IMG/VR virus record: IMGVR_UViG_3300048839_001435
From: an uncultured virus (IMG/VR IMGVR_UViG_3300048839_001435)
Taxonomy: Duplodnaviria; Heunggongvirae; Uroviricota; Caudoviricetes
Direction: 5' to 3' (one strand)
Length of the DNA stretch: 64,000 nt
A model generated the notes under the pieces. The model was not told the DNA's origin. It did not search any database and saw only the letters and a program-made list of their open reading frames with translations. Of the stretch, positions 7,800-17,368 are shown piece after piece; positions within the stretch are counted from its first letter, which is position 1; each line of letters begins with the position of its first letter. A program made the position numbers and the translations under genes.

Positions 7800-9875
7800 T
7801 CAGCCCATCGAGTTGCCGATGCGGCGGGACAGCTCGGAGTATGCCTTGACACCCTCCTTGCCGAACTTCGACTTGCTGAGGTTGCTGGCGTACTTCTCGA
7901 CGAGCCGGTAGCCCGCCGCCGCGACTTCGAGCATCTGCATGCGCTGCATGTAGATCCAGGCGGCGCCGGCGTCCTCCTGGGCGACGCGCGCGATGACCCC
8001 GATGGCCGCGATCCCCAGGTCCTTGCGGGTCGGGACCTTGGCCTTGTCGGGCTGCGCGACGATGTCCGCCACCGTCGGCAGCTCGGTGCGCAGATCGCGG
8101 ATGCCCAGGTAGGACACCGCACAGTGCGGCCCGACCGCGCCCGCCAGGATGGCGTAGCCGATCGCGTCGCTCTTGCCGCTGGCCGCCGAGCGGCCCAGCG
8201 CGGCGTACGCGGCGATGCCCGCCTCCCAGGCGCGCGGCGAGCCCCACGCCGACCCCGCGTTGATGGCGGCCTCGGGCGGCTCCAGCTGGACGAGATCCGG
8301 CTGGACGGCCATGGTCGCCGCGAAGTCGAGCGCCTCGGTCGCGAACGCCTGGGCGTAGTCGACCTCCATCAGCTGCTTGATGGCCTTGCCGAGTGCGGCG
8401 AGGTTGGCCGGCGTCGTGCCCTTGGCGCGCGCGACGAAGTAGTTGCTGATCTCCTCGTACCGCGGCGCGTACCGCAGCCAGATGATCCGGTTGAGCATCG
8501 CGGCGCTCAGCTCGATGCCGCCGGGCGCGTGCTCGGGCGGGTTGCAGGCGCCGACGATGCGCGTGTTCTTGTGCAGCGGCGCGCCGCCGGCCACGCGCTC
8601 CAGGATCAGCCGCAGGGCCGGGGCCTCGACGGAGCGCCGGATGGCGGTGAACTCGTCGAGGAACAGCAACACGCCCTCCTCCTGCGCGTGGCGCAGCTCG
8701 GGGAACGCGTGCAGCTCGACCTTGCCGCTCTTGGGGTTGAGCATCGGCAGCCCGGCGACGTCCGTAGGATCGCAGTTGCCCGTCACGATGCCGTTGGGCA
8801 TCACGAAGGAGTGATCCCCCTCGACCGTGAGACACCACACCTCCTCCGTCACGTCCTCCGTGATCTCACGGACCACGTACGGCGCGACCGGCGAGCTGGA
8901 GAACCCCAGCACGAGGCTGAAGTAGATCGTCGTAGCCGAGCGATCCCCGAAGTTCGTCGGCTGGTCCGTGCGATCGTCTTCGTTGACGATGTACGCGCCG
9001 ACCATGGGAAACACCTTGCGCACGAACTCGACCGCCTCGGCGCCCGTCACCTGGATACCCTGAAACGGGTTGACCTCGGACATCTCCGGGTGCCGCGTGT
9101 TCCGGCTGCCGTCCGCGTCGAGATAGCCCCGCACGAACGCCACCAGATAGTCGCGCCCGACGACATCGATGTTGGGCAAGCCCTTGCGAACTCCCTTGAG
9201 GTAGAAGTTCGGATCGCCGTTGGACGACACGGGATACGTCGCGGAGAACCCGAGATGCTCGAACCGCGACGCGAACCGCGCCTTGTCCCCGCAGAGTCGA
9301 ATCTGCGCACCGTAGCCACCGTGCCCGGCGCTTCCATCGCCGTAGACGAAACCCTCCAGCCACGCCTGCTGCTGAGCCGCCGGAGCATCATCGAATGCCC
9401 AGTCGCGAATCGTCTGCGGCGGCTTGTAGAGCTTGTTTCCGACGGACAGATCGGTCGTCTGCGCGCCATCCGCCAGGATCCAGCGATGGTTGCGCGTGGC
9501 GCGGACCGTCTGCGAATTGCCGCCGCGCGCGAAGCGGATCTTGAACAGCTGCTGCGCCCCGAACACGTTGACCACCGCACGGCGCCATCCGCCGGTGTGC
9601 GTCAACACCGTGACCTCCGCCCCCGGCGAGAAGTCCTCGAAGGACTTGACGCCACTGGACGTGATGAACTTGGTCTCGCGCCCGAAGCAGTTGCTCAGGA
9701 TTGCCGTGACGAGGGGCAGGTCGAACGCGTCGGCGATCACCGCCTGGAGCGCGGTCTTGCCAACGCCGGGAGCGCCGATCAGCATCGGCGTCCGGTTGCC
9801 GCGGATGCACGCCGCGATCGCGACGCCGGCATCCACGAAGTTCAGCTGCGGCAGCTCCTTGTAGATCGAAGACAT
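7800..9875 (-). CDS. MoxR-type AAA+ ATPase interrupted by an intein
   Basis: Walker A GAPGVGKT, DPTDVAGLP, Walker B LFLDEF, GACNP, Arg finger MLNR. Confidence 0.92.
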   Translation of the reverse strand: MSSIYKELPQLNFVDAGVAIAACIRGNRTPMLIGAPGVGKTALQAVIADAFDLPLVTAILSNCFGRETKFITSSGVKSFEDFSPGAEVTVLTHTGGWRRAVVNVFGAQQLFKIRFARGGNSQTVRATRNHRWILADGAQTTDLSVGNKLYKPPQTIRDWAFDDAPAAQQQAWLEGFVYGDGSAGHGGYGAQIRLCGDKARFASRFEHLGFSATYPVSSNGDPNFYLKGVRKGLPNIDVVGRDYLVAFVRGYLDADGSRNTRHPEMSEVNPFQGIQVTGAEAVEFVRKVFPMVGAYIVNEDDRTDQPTNFGDRSATTIYFSLVLGFSSSPVAPYVVREITEDVTEEVWCLTVEGDHSFVMPNGIVTGNCDPTDVAGLPMLNPKSGKVELHAFPELRHAQEEGVLLFLDEFTAIRRSVEAPALRLILERVAGGAPLHKNTRIVGACNPPEHAPGGIELSAAMLNRIIWLRYAPRYEEISNYFVARAKGTTPANLAALGKAIKQLMEVDYAQAFATEALDFAATMAVQPDLVQLEPPEAAINAGSAWGSPRAWEAGIAAYAALGRSAASGKSDAIGYAILAGAVGPHCAVSYLGIRDLRTELPTVADIVAQPDKAKVPTRKDLGIAAIGVIARVAQEDAGAAWIYMQRMQMLEVAAAGYRLVEKYASNLSKSKFGKEGVKAYSELSRRIGNSMG
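8775..9689 (-). mobile_element. 305-aa intein with LAGLIDADG homing endonuclease
   Basis: starts CFGRETKF; block B ATRNHRW; LEGFVYGDG and VRGYLDADG; block F VWCLTVEGDHSF; ends VTGN|C. Confidence 0.93.
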
Positions 9876-10025
9876 GTCTAGCTTTCTTCCCGCAGTGCGG
9901 GATGGCTCGGTGCGCCCAACTGGGCGCCGGTTGAGACGTACTCGATGTCTATAGCAGGTGCGTATGACAGTCGAGTATTTTGTGGATGAAACTTGATTGG
10001 CGCGCGATCTCGCGGATCGTCAGTA

Positions 10026-10187
10026 TCACGCCGGAGTGACAGGCCGCGGACAGCGGGCACAGCGTAGGCCACCCTCGCGGTGCTGCCACACCGCCGGGCG
10101 GTCACACAGATCGCACATCGGCGGTGCCGGCGGTTTCGGCACAGGCTGCCACTGCTCGGCGACCGGGCGCCGCGCGCCGCGCGTCAT
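10026..10187 (-). CDS. small CxxC...CxxC zinc-finger protein
   Basis: CDLC...CARC; ATGA overlap. Confidence 0.55.
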   Translation of the reverse strand: MTRGARRPVAEQWQPVPKPPAPPMCDLCDRPAVWQHREGGLRCARCPRPVTPA

Positions 10188-10636
10188 CGGCGCCTCGCGG
10201 CAGCTGCGTCGTCTGACGTCCACCCTACAGCGGCTTCGAGCGCTTTGAGCGCGGCGTTCAGCTCGCGGTCGGCGCGCGCGATCGCGCGTTGGCGTGCGGC
10301 GCCCTTGACCTGAAGGTTGTACGCTCCGCCCCACGTCGAGCGATACGCCTTCGCAGCGAAGTAGGCTCGTACGAGCTGCGCCAGCTCGACGTTTGCGTCG
10401 AGCGTAGACGCGTCCGCGTCTGCAACGAACCACCGCTCACTGAGCGCATCGGCGATCGCCTGCGGCATCGAGCGCCGCACCGCTGTCACGCGCCTGATGT
10501 CGTAGCAGCCTTCAACCGCACACGGTGTGGCGATGAACTGCCCCGGCCCGAGCTTATAGACGAGAAGCCCTTCGCCGGATCCTACGTGCCTCCAATGTGT
10601 CGGCACCGGATGGATGTTGTGCGGATCGTTGCTCAT
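10184..10636 (-). CDS. hypothetical protein
   Basis: ATG 10636 overlaps upstream stop. Confidence 0.65.
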   Translation of the reverse strand: MSNDPHNIHPVPTHWRHVGSGEGLLVYKLGPGQFIATPCAVEGCYDIRRVTAVRRSMPQAIADALSERWFVADADASTLDANVELAQLVRAYFAAKAYRSTWGGAYNLQVKGAARQRAIARADRELNAALKALEAAVGWTSDDAAAARRR

Positions 10637-11067
10637 GGGAGGGGCTTCTCCGAGAGAAGACGCCAGGCGAAGGCGTTGCCGGAGGCCGTCCACCAGTGCT
10701 TCACGGCGTCTTCGGCCGTGCGCTGCACCAGCTGATGGCGCAGCTCCTGGTCGACAGGAACTTCGACGCCTGTCACCTCGGTGACCGCGCGCGCGAAGAT
10801 TTGCCGCCACTGCGGCCCATGGTGAGCGCGTCCCGGCGCCGCGACGTGCGCCAGCTCGTGGAGCACGACGCTGAGCGCCTCGGGCATGTCGGCCCCCGCG
10901 GTGATGACGATCCGACGTCGGCTGGGCCAGGCCAGACCCGTCGAGTACGTGCCGATCTTCTGGCTGCGCTCGCGGATGACGATCTCGACTTCTTCGAGGG
11001 GGCGCCCCCAGGCGCGCAGCTCGCGCCAGCGATCAGCCCACACCTGAACCGCGTCGCGGCGCTTCAC
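10633..11067 (-). CDS. SprT-like zinc metalloprotease
   Basis: VVLHELAH...HHGPQWR; GTG overlaps DUF2786 gene stop. Confidence 0.8.
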   Translation of the reverse strand: MKRRDAVQVWADRWRELRAWGRPLEEVEIVIRERSQKIGTYSTGLAWPSRRRIVITAGADMPEALSVVLHELAHVAAPGRAHHGPQWRQIFARAVTEVTGVEVPVDQELRHQLVQRTAEDAVKHWWTASGNAFAWRLLSEKPLP

Positions 11068-11849
11068 GGCAGGCTGTCCTGCCCGCGGTTGAGCCGCTGA
11101 CGTCCGACGCCGCTGAGGCTGATCGCCCCGCCGGCCTCGCGCCCCTGATGGTAGGCGTCGCGCACGCGCGTGCGCGTGCCGCTGAGGCTGCGCGACGAGC
11201 GCCAGCGGCGCGTCATCGTCTTCCACTCCTCGACGACCTCCTCGCGGTCACGGTCGACGATCGCCAGGGCCATCGTCGAAGCCGGCGGCGGGCCCACCTC
11301 GACGCCGGGCGTCGGCGCCTTCGGCGCCACGGTCGCCCGCCGCTGCTCGTAGAGCCGCTCGGCGAGCCGCGCGGCGGCGCCGAGACGGAAGTTCGCGCGC
11401 CAGGTCTTGGCCGACAGGCGATCCGTCCGCACGCGGCCGGCCGCGACCGCCGCGCGCCAGGCGGCCTCGGTCAGCGTGTCGACCTCACACCACAAGTGCG
11501 TGATGACGTAGCTGGCCGCCTGCGTGTTCGACGTCCGACCCAGCAGGCGGAACTCCGCCTGACGGAACCACAGATGACAGTGGAACGCTCGCGCCGCCGC
11601 GGAGGCGATCGTCTGCTTCCAGGCGACCCGCCGCTTGGCCTTCTCCTGACCGGGGATGATCGCGTCGCGGACGATCGGCTCGGGCGGCGCCGCCTCGGCA
11701 CCCGCGGCGGCGCGGATCTCGGCCTCGCTCAGCTCGTGCTGCGCCATCAGCTCGGCCGCACGCGCAGCGGCGACCGCAGCTTCGGCGACGCTATCCGTCG
11801 ACTCGGCCATCGCCAGGAGCTTGCGGACGCGTTCGATGATCGCAGACAT
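11064..11849 (-). CDS. DUF2786 domain protein
   Basis: IERVRKLLAMAES...EAAVAAARAAELMAQHEL; FRLG and AYHQGR motifs. Confidence 0.85.
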   Translation of the reverse strand: MSAIIERVRKLLAMAESTDSVAEAAVAAARAAELMAQHELSEAEIRAAAGAEAAPPEPIVRDAIIPGQEKAKRRVAWKQTIASAAARAFHCHLWFRQAEFRLLGRTSNTQAASYVITHLWCEVDTLTEAAWRAAVAAGRVRTDRLSAKTWRANFRLGAAARLAERLYEQRRATVAPKAPTPGVEVGPPPASTMALAIVDRDREEVVEEWKTMTRRWRSSRSLSGTRTRVRDAYHQGREAGGAISLSGVGRQRLNRGQDSLP

Positions 11850-11853
11850 GCCT

Positions 11854-12501
11854 TCAGTCCTCCTCGTTGGAGATGACGACGCTGACGCCGTGGCGCCGAG
11901 CGCGATCGGCGAGCCGGCGCGTGACCTCGCGCGACCACGCCGCGCGTTCGTTGGCGGTCATGCGCAGCCGCCGCTGTTCGTCGGCGCCTTCGAGGGGCGC
12001 GACACAGTTGAGATCGAAGACCCCGCGGACTCGCGCGGGGTCGGTCGGCGCCAGCGGAAACGCATGGACGCCCCAATGCGTGGAGATGCCGAACCATTGG
12101 CTGAGCCTGCGCCGAGCTGGCGCACCGTGAGCCGGCTCCACCCACGCCGCTCTGAGGTGATACAGCTCCCCGACCGCGATGACCTTGAAGATGGCATCAC
12201 GGACGTCCGCGCCACCAAGGATCAGCGGCGGCGTCAGCCGGATCAGCTGTCCGACCCGAGGCGTACCGTCGTCTTCGACGCTCTCGATCGACACCCACGC
12301 GAGGTTGTCGCCCGCCCGCCAGACGTTCGTGAACGTGTCCCCGAGGCCGGCCGTCGAGAACTGCGGGCTGACTTCGCCGCGGAACGGCGTGGCCGGGCAC
12401 GCGCCGTCGTAGTCCTCAGCTCGAATGAGCGCGGCGCCGAACTCGCTACCGTCAGCGCGCGTGCAGAGGTTCTGACGGATGACAGCTGCGGCTTTGATCA
12501 T
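11854..12501 (-). CDS. hypothetical protein
   Basis: 215-aa ORF in an operon chain. Confidence 0.7.
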   Translation of the reverse strand: MIKAAAVIRQNLCTRADGSEFGAALIRAEDYDGACPATPFRGEVSPQFSTAGLGDTFTNVWRAGDNLAWVSIESVEDDGTPRVGQLIRLTPPLILGGADVRDAIFKVIAVGELYHLRAAWVEPAHGAPARRRLSQWFGISTHWGVHAFPLAPTDPARVRGVFDLNCVAPLEGADEQRRLRMTANERAAWSREVTRRLADRARRHGVSVVISNEED

Positions 12502-12779
12502 TAGCGCTTCCTCCGGTACGAGAGTGGTGTGTCGCGCGGGATGCGCACGAAGACGGCGACGAACTCGCCCATGATGTCGTTCCTGAGGAACCAGACATCG
12601 TCGGGCCTCGCGAAGCGGAGCTGCACAAGCAGCCCGTCGCCCGGCTGCGGAGATTCGACACAGCCGGCGTAACAGACCAGGGATGTCAGTTCAGGGTACG
12701 GCGCGACGTGCGGTACGAAGACATCCGGTAGCGGATCGACGTCGAACTTCAATCCGCGATACAGCCGACGAGACGTCAC
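12501..12779 (-). CDS. hypothetical protein
   Basis: GTG overlaps upstream stop. Confidence 0.6.
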   Translation of the reverse strand: MTSRRLYRGLKFDVDPLPDVFVPHVAPYPELTSLVCYAGCVESPQPGDGLLVQLRFARPDDVWFLRNDIMGEFVAVFVRIPRDTPLSYRRKR

Positions 12780-13108
12780 AGCACCCGGATGCGCAGCCCC
12801 GACCACCGCGTCCGAAGACGATTTGCTATCACCGCGATCTTGCGGTCTTCTTCGTCGTCGGGTTCTTGATCCGCGGACAGATCGTATGCGCTGTTGCAGC
12901 TGTTGGCGGGCACCGCGTGCAACTCGCGGTGGAACTGGTACTTGCCCGCGTAGCGATGCCCGCAGATCTTGTCCGTGGCGTAGACGTTACCGCCGCGCAT
13001 GAAGACACGAACGTCTTCAGGGGCGTCAACACCTGGGTGTGCCCACACGGCGTTCAGAACTGCGTCGGAATCGTCGTCGGAATCCCCGTAGGAGTCGTTG
13101 TCGGTCAT
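12776..13108 (-). CDS. hypothetical protein
   Basis: GAGGAGG RBS; acidic N-terminus. Confidence 0.7.
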   Translation of the reverse strand: MTDNDSYGDSDDDSDAVLNAVWAHPGVDAPEDVRVFMRGGNVYATDKICGHRYAGKYQFHRELHAVPANSCNSAYDLSADQEPDDEEDRKIAVIANRLRTRWSGLRIRVL

Positions 13109-13121
13109 CGCTACATCCTCC

Positions 13122-13400
13122 TCAGTCGATGACGACCACGAGGCCCTGCGACTCCCGCCGACGATAGCGGTCGGTGAAGTCGACGTAGCGCTCTTCGGCG
13201 TTCTCGTCGCTCTCGAAGATCTCGATGTCGTCCTCGACGGTGCTATTGGGGGCGGCGACCCGCGCCGCGAGGGTGCCCACGTGGAACTGGAACTTCCCCT
13301 CGTAGCGGAAGCCGGGGCGATCGAACTTGGTCCCGGGAACCGTGATCACAGCCCCGCCCCTGCCGACCTCGCGGACGCGCAGGTCTACCGGGCCCTTCAC
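13122..13400 (-). CDS. hypothetical protein
   Basis: GTG 13400 overlaps upstream TGA. Confidence 0.6.
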   Translation of the reverse strand: MKGPVDLRVREVGRGGAVITVPGTKFDRPGFRYEGKFQFHVGTLAARVAAPNSTVEDDIEIFESDENAEERYVDFTDRYRRRESQGLVVVID

Positions 13401-14329
13401 TTCTTGCCCCGCTTGGCCTTCTTGCCGCTGGTGGCGAGCTGGAGGCGCTCCAGCGCCGCGCGGAACTGCTCGCGCACGGCGACGCCGACCGTCGGCTCGT
13501 CGCGCTCGAACTGCCGCAGCAGCTCGACGGCGTTGGCCGAGTCGCCGAACTTGATGCTCTCGACCGCGCGCCGGGTGAACGTGTCGAGCCCCGTCGCGCG
13601 CTCCAAGTGCGCCTTGATGACATCGACGATCGTCTCGCTGAGGTGCGGGATGCCCTTGCAGAGCCGCTTGGTCACGGTGATGTCGATCTCGGCACCGCGC
13701 TTGTGGGCCGCGTGGAGCTTCTTGCGCAGCTGCTCGCGAGCCTTCTGCCGCGCGGCGACGTACTTGCGGAAGTCGCCGATCGTCATCGACTGGTCCATCT
13801 CGGACATCACGATGTCGGCGCTGGCGTCGTCCAGCTGCTTGTCCAGCCGGTCGCAGACGCTCCGGATCTTCTCGCGCTCGCCGATCAGCTTGGCGGTGTC
13901 CGGGTCGAGGATCTCGACGGCCTTCTTGAGCGCCGGCAGATCGTCGATGATCGCCTGCGCGCGCTCCTCGGCGATCTGCTCCAGATCGTCGACGTTGCGC
14001 CCACCGACTTTGCCGTGGCTGCCGTAGCTGCGCGGCACGTCGTACAGCGCGTTCAACCGCGTCGGGATCGTCGGGTTGTCGATGACGTTGCGGGCGTGCC
14101 GGAACGACACGAAGCCGAGCTTCTCGGCCTTCTGCCAGATCTTCTGGGCGGTCACCAGGAGGATGGCCTGCGACGCCTTGGACCGCTGCTCGAAGGTGTT
14201 GGCGAAGGCCGCCTTCTTGTCGTCGGACCACCGCGCGATCGCCGCGCCGCCCTTGGCGGTGACGGCGAGTTCGGCCGCGAGGAGCTGACCGTCGGCGGTC
14301 GCGAAGATGCTGTTGTCGTCGGGATTCAT
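13397..14329 (-). CDS. coiled-coil-rich hypothetical protein
   Basis: 310 aa, strong GC3 bias, GGAG RBS. Confidence 0.8.
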   Translation of the reverse strand: MNPDDNSIFATADGQLLAAELAVTAKGGAAIARWSDDKKAAFANTFEQRSKASQAILLVTAQKIWQKAEKLGFVSFRHARNVIDNPTIPTRLNALYDVPRSYGSHGKVGGRNVDDLEQIAEERAQAIIDDLPALKKAVEILDPDTAKLIGEREKIRSVCDRLDKQLDDASADIVMSEMDQSMTIGDFRKYVAARQKAREQLRKKLHAAHKRGAEIDITVTKRLCKGIPHLSETIVDVIKAHLERATGLDTFTRRAVESIKFGDSANAVELLRQFERDEPTVGVAVREQFRAALERLQLATSGKKAKRGKK

Positions 14330-14550
14330 GGAACGTTCTCCGTGTTGAGTTGGATCGCGATTCCCAGCGCCTTGCGCTGGGCGTCGCGGTGTTTCAGTCG
14401 TCGTACAGCCGCAGCATACCGCCGCCGTGCGACAGCGACGGCGCGACGAGCCTTCTCGACGCGCGCCTCGGCTCGCCGGCCGATGTAGAAATCGGCGTCT
14501 AGCCTATGCGCGCGGGCGATGAGGCTGGCCGGAACCGACGCGATGATCAC
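14326..14550 (-). CDS. small basic hypothetical protein
   Basis: coupled start and stop; RLDADFY motif. Confidence 0.55.
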   Translation of the reverse strand: MIIASVPASLIARAHRLDADFYIGRRAEARVEKARRAVAVARRRYAAAVRRLKHRDAQRKALGIAIQLNTENVP

Positions 14551-14795
14551 GCGCGGCCTCGCCGCGCGGTGACGGCGGCGATGACGTTGGCGTCCTGTCG
14601 GCGGCGTCGGCCCTCGGCCAGCGTCCGTGCCAGCTCCAGCGAGCTGGGCGCCGGCTTCGCCGGCACGAGCTTGGCGGTGTGCTCGACAGCCGCCGGAGGC
14701 GCCACGAGGTCGAGCGCCGCGTCGATCAGAGCCAGGAAGGCGCGGCGCTGCGCGGGCGTGAGCTGCGCGATTCGCGCGCGAACCTTGGGCGTCAC
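14547..14795 (-). CDS. hypothetical protein
   Basis: coupled GTGA overlaps. Confidence 0.55.
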   Translation of the reverse strand: MTPKVRARIAQLTPAQRRAFLALIDAALDLVAPPAAVEHTAKLVPAKPAPSSLELARTLAEGRRRRQDANVIAAVTARRGRA

Positions 14796-15205
14796 GACGC
14801 GCTACCCTGGGAGCGCATGCTGCGAAGCGCCTGAACCGTTTCGAGATGCCCCCGAACGCCGTCGAGCGCCTCCGTGTGCTTCCTGTGCTCGGCCGTCAGG
14901 CGCTGCTCCGCGAGGTCGAGGAGCATTTCGCGCGTGATCCCGAGCAGCCACTCGGCGAACGCCTCGCGCGTACCGTAGCACACCTCGTGCGGCGCCGCGA
15001 GGGTAGTCGCCAGCCCTCCCAGCCGCAGCGTGCCGACGCGGGCCGTCGCCGTAGCGTAGCCGCCGCGCCGATCGAACGTGAACTGAACGTCTCCCTTGGT
15101 GAAGACGTAGTCCTTGCACGTGCGTCCGGTGCCGGTGTTGACCGCCGTGAACACGTAGCCACGCTCGGCGGCGATCTCGTCGAGCGTCTTGGTGGGCTTG
15201 GGCAT
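14792..15205 (-). CDS. hypothetical protein
   Basis: AAGGAG RBS; 137 aa. Confidence 0.7.
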   Translation of the reverse strand: MPKPTKTLDEIAAERGYVFTAVNTGTGRTCKDYVFTKGDVQFTFDRRGGYATATARVGTLRLGGLATTLAAPHEVCYGTREAFAEWLLGITREMLLDLAEQRLTAEHRKHTEALDGVRGHLETVQALRSMRSQGSAS

Positions 15206-15211
15206 GGTCAG

Positions 15212-15451
15212 TCATTCTCCTTGGCGTTGATATCGCTGCCGGCGCATATCCCGCGCCAGCGCACGCTCGACGCCGGCATCGAACGCCGCCAACAACTCGG
15301 CGAGCGCTGCTCGCGAAGTTCGTTTCGTGTAGAGCGTCTCGACACGCTCCGCGAGCTTTTGCAGCGCAACCGCGGACGCGGTGTGCGTCGAGTCGTCGGC
15401 CTGCTTGCGCGCCATCTCGGCGACGGCGGCAAGAACGTGCTTCCACTTCAT
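15212..15451 (-). CDS. MKW-family helical protein, copy 1
   Basis: MKWKHVLAAVAE...SRAALAELLAAFDAGV; GGAGG RBS. Confidence 0.75.
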   Translation of the reverse strand: MKWKHVLAAVAEMARKQADDSTHTASAVALQKLAERVETLYTKRTSRAALAELLAAFDAGVERALARDMRRQRYQRQGE

Positions 15452-15798
15452 GGCGTAGACCTCCGCCTCGCCGGCATGAGCCACAACGCGTTGGAGGTGT
15501 TGAGCTTGATATCGAGCGAATCGCTGCCGCGTACCGAGAGCCCGTAGACCCCATCGCGGCGGATCATCTCGACATCGATGTACTCCCCATCAGGGAGCGT
15601 GAAGCGCACATAGCGCGGCTCGGGCGTGAGCGGCACCACCTCCGTCGAGCTGGGCGCAGCGACGGAGGCCGCGACGAACGGCCGCGCAGCGCGCACGAGC
15701 TTGGCGCACGGCGGCGCCGTCCGCGGCGTCTCGCGCCATTGCTGGCAGGCGCTGCACGCTCCGCAGCGCTTACCCACGACCTTCGTTGTCCTGGACAT
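15448..15798 (-). CDS. hypothetical protein with CGACSAC cluster
   Basis: RCGACSACQ...PPC motif; GAGGAG RBS. Confidence 0.6.
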   Translation of the reverse strand: MSRTTKVVGKRCGACSACQQWRETPRTAPPCAKLVRAARPFVAASVAAPSSTEVVPLTPEPRYVRFTLPDGEYIDVEMIRRDGVYGLSVRGSDSLDIKLNTSNALWLMPARRRSTP

Positions 15799-15800
15799 GA

Positions 15801-16010
15801 TCACGACTCCTCGACGCCGTCGGCGTCGTCGGTAGCGGTGTCTTCGGCCTCGTCTTCGTCTTCGTCTTCGTCTTCGCCCGTGCCGCCGCAGTCGGGGCAC
15901 ACGTCGACGTCGGACGTCGAGTCGACGCAACCACACTCGTCGATGACCTGCGAACACTCGTCGCAGACTTCGACTTCACCGCTACCCGAACACGTCGCGC
16001 AGTCACTCAT
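15801..16010 (-). CDS. DnaJ-like CxxCxGxG zinc-finger peptide with acidic tail
   Basis: CATCSGSG...CPDCGGTG followed by EDEDEDEDE. Confidence 0.65.
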   Translation of the reverse strand: MSDCATCSGSGEVEVCDECSQVIDECGCVDSTSDVDVCPDCGGTGEDEDEDEDEAEDTATDDADGVEES

Positions 16011-16378
16011 GGCCCCTCCTTCTCGGGCTTGCTGGGGATATCGGCCAGTGCGCCACAGTGGGCGCACTTGTCGACGATTCCACCAGGCGGCCCAGCCTTG
16101 AGACACCGCGCGCACACCAAAGGAAAGAGACGCAGCGACGCCGCGAGACGCGGCGACGCAGCGAGTTTACGGTCACTGTCGGCAACGGCGCGGCTAACCC
16201 CCGCATCGAACGCAGCGGACAGCTCGGCGAGCGCTGCGCGGGACGACGCCTTGCAGCGCAGCCGCTCCAGGCGATCGGCGAGCTGACGTAGCATGCGCGT
16301 GTCGCCTGGTGCAGCAGCGCGCTCGGCATCCTGCCGCGCCATCTCGGCAACGGCGGCGAGGACGTGTTGCCACTTCAC
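16007..16378 (-). CDS. MKW-family helical protein, copy 2, with C-terminal zinc ribbon
   Basis: MKWQHVLAAVAE...SRAALAELSAAFDAGV...CARC...CAHC. Confidence 0.75.
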   Translation of the reverse strand: MKWQHVLAAVAEMARQDAERAAAPGDTRMLRQLADRLERLRCKASSRAALAELSAAFDAGVSRAVADSDRKLAASPRLAASLRLFPLVCARCLKAGPPGGIVDKCAHCGALADIPSKPEKEGP

Positions 16379-16423
16379 TTGGCACCTCTCGCGGACAGCG
16401 TCTTCGTGGACATGTTGAAGCTC

Positions 16424-16792
16424 TCAATCCTTGCCGGCGCCGGCCGGCGCGATCTCGACCGACTCGACCAGCGCGTCGATTCGTGCTGCGAGGTTGGCTC
16501 CGCCGTGCGTCGGTCGACCGCAGTCGCACATGATGTAGTCGCGCGCCTCGGCGAGCAGCTCCAATGCCTTGTCGCGCTCGACCTCGGCGTTCTTCGCCCG
16601 CAGGCGCTCGCCCATCAGCAGCTCGCCGTCGCGGACACCATCATCGATCAGGCGCAGCGCGTCGCCAGCCATCGGATCGGCAATCTCCTTCAACCACGAG
16701 CAGACGTCCGCGACGGTCACGCCGCAGATGCATGCGCTGTCGTCGTGCATCCCGCCACCGCACACCTTGCAGGAGTGGTCACGGCCGCTCAT
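16424..16792 (-). CDS. hypothetical Cys/His-containing protein
   Basis: ATG 16792; CKVC...CIC. Confidence 0.6.
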   Translation of the reverse strand: MSGRDHSCKVCGGGMHDDSACICGVTVADVCSWLKEIADPMAGDALRLIDDGVRDGELLMGERLRAKNAEVERDKALELLAEARDYIMCDCGRPTHGGANLAARIDALVESVEIAPAGAGKD

Positions 16793-17111
16793 GGCGCCCC
16801 CCGTAGGCGGCGGCCTGCGGGCGGTCAGGGCCCGCGAGGCGCACGAGGCGGCACGGCGCAAGCAGCGCCGCCAGATCGGGGATCCAAATGCCGCAGCGGC
16901 CGGTGCCAGCGAACACGCGCCACGCCGGGAACGAGCCGTCTTGCGCCTGCGTCCGCTGGACGCACACCGGCGTCGAATCGAGCGATGCTGCCGCGACCTG
17001 GACGATCCCAGCGTGAGCATCTCGATCGACGGGCTCGACGTACTGGATCGCGTGCGTGCCGCCGAGAAACTTCGGCGAGCTGATCGCTTGGCATACCTTC
17101 ATGGTCGACAT
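16779..17111 (-). CDS. hypothetical protein
   Basis: 110-aa ORF in chain. Confidence 0.5.
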   Translation of the reverse strand: MSTMKVCQAISSPKFLGGTHAIQYVEPVDRDAHAGIVQVAAASLDSTPVCVQRTQAQDGSFPAWRVFAGTGRCGIWIPDLAALLAPCRLVRLAGPDRPQAAAYGGRHERP

Positions 17112-17113
17112 CG

Positions 17114-17368
17114 CTAGGTGCTATGGCAGCGGTCGCAGACCAGCTCACACACGGTGCCGCCGCAGCCGTTGTGCCCGCACCGCCCCGTGGCGCCGTCCAG
17201 CGCCGCGAACAGCGCGTGAAACACGGCGCCCTGGGCGACGTGGGCGTACCAGGCATCCAGCACGCGATCGTCGAGGAGCACGATCCCGGGACCGTCCTGA
17301 GGCTCGGACGCCGCGACGGCGCGGACGCTATACTGGCCGTCGTCGTATTCGAGTCGAACGCGGGGCAT
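17114..17368 (-). CDS. hypothetical protein with C-terminal Cys cluster
   Basis: CGHNGC...CELVCDRC. Confidence 0.55.
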   Translation of the reverse strand: MPRVRLEYDDGQYSVRAVAASEPQDGPGIVLLDDRVLDAWYAHVAQGAVFHALFAALDGATGRCGHNGCGGTVCELVCDRCHST

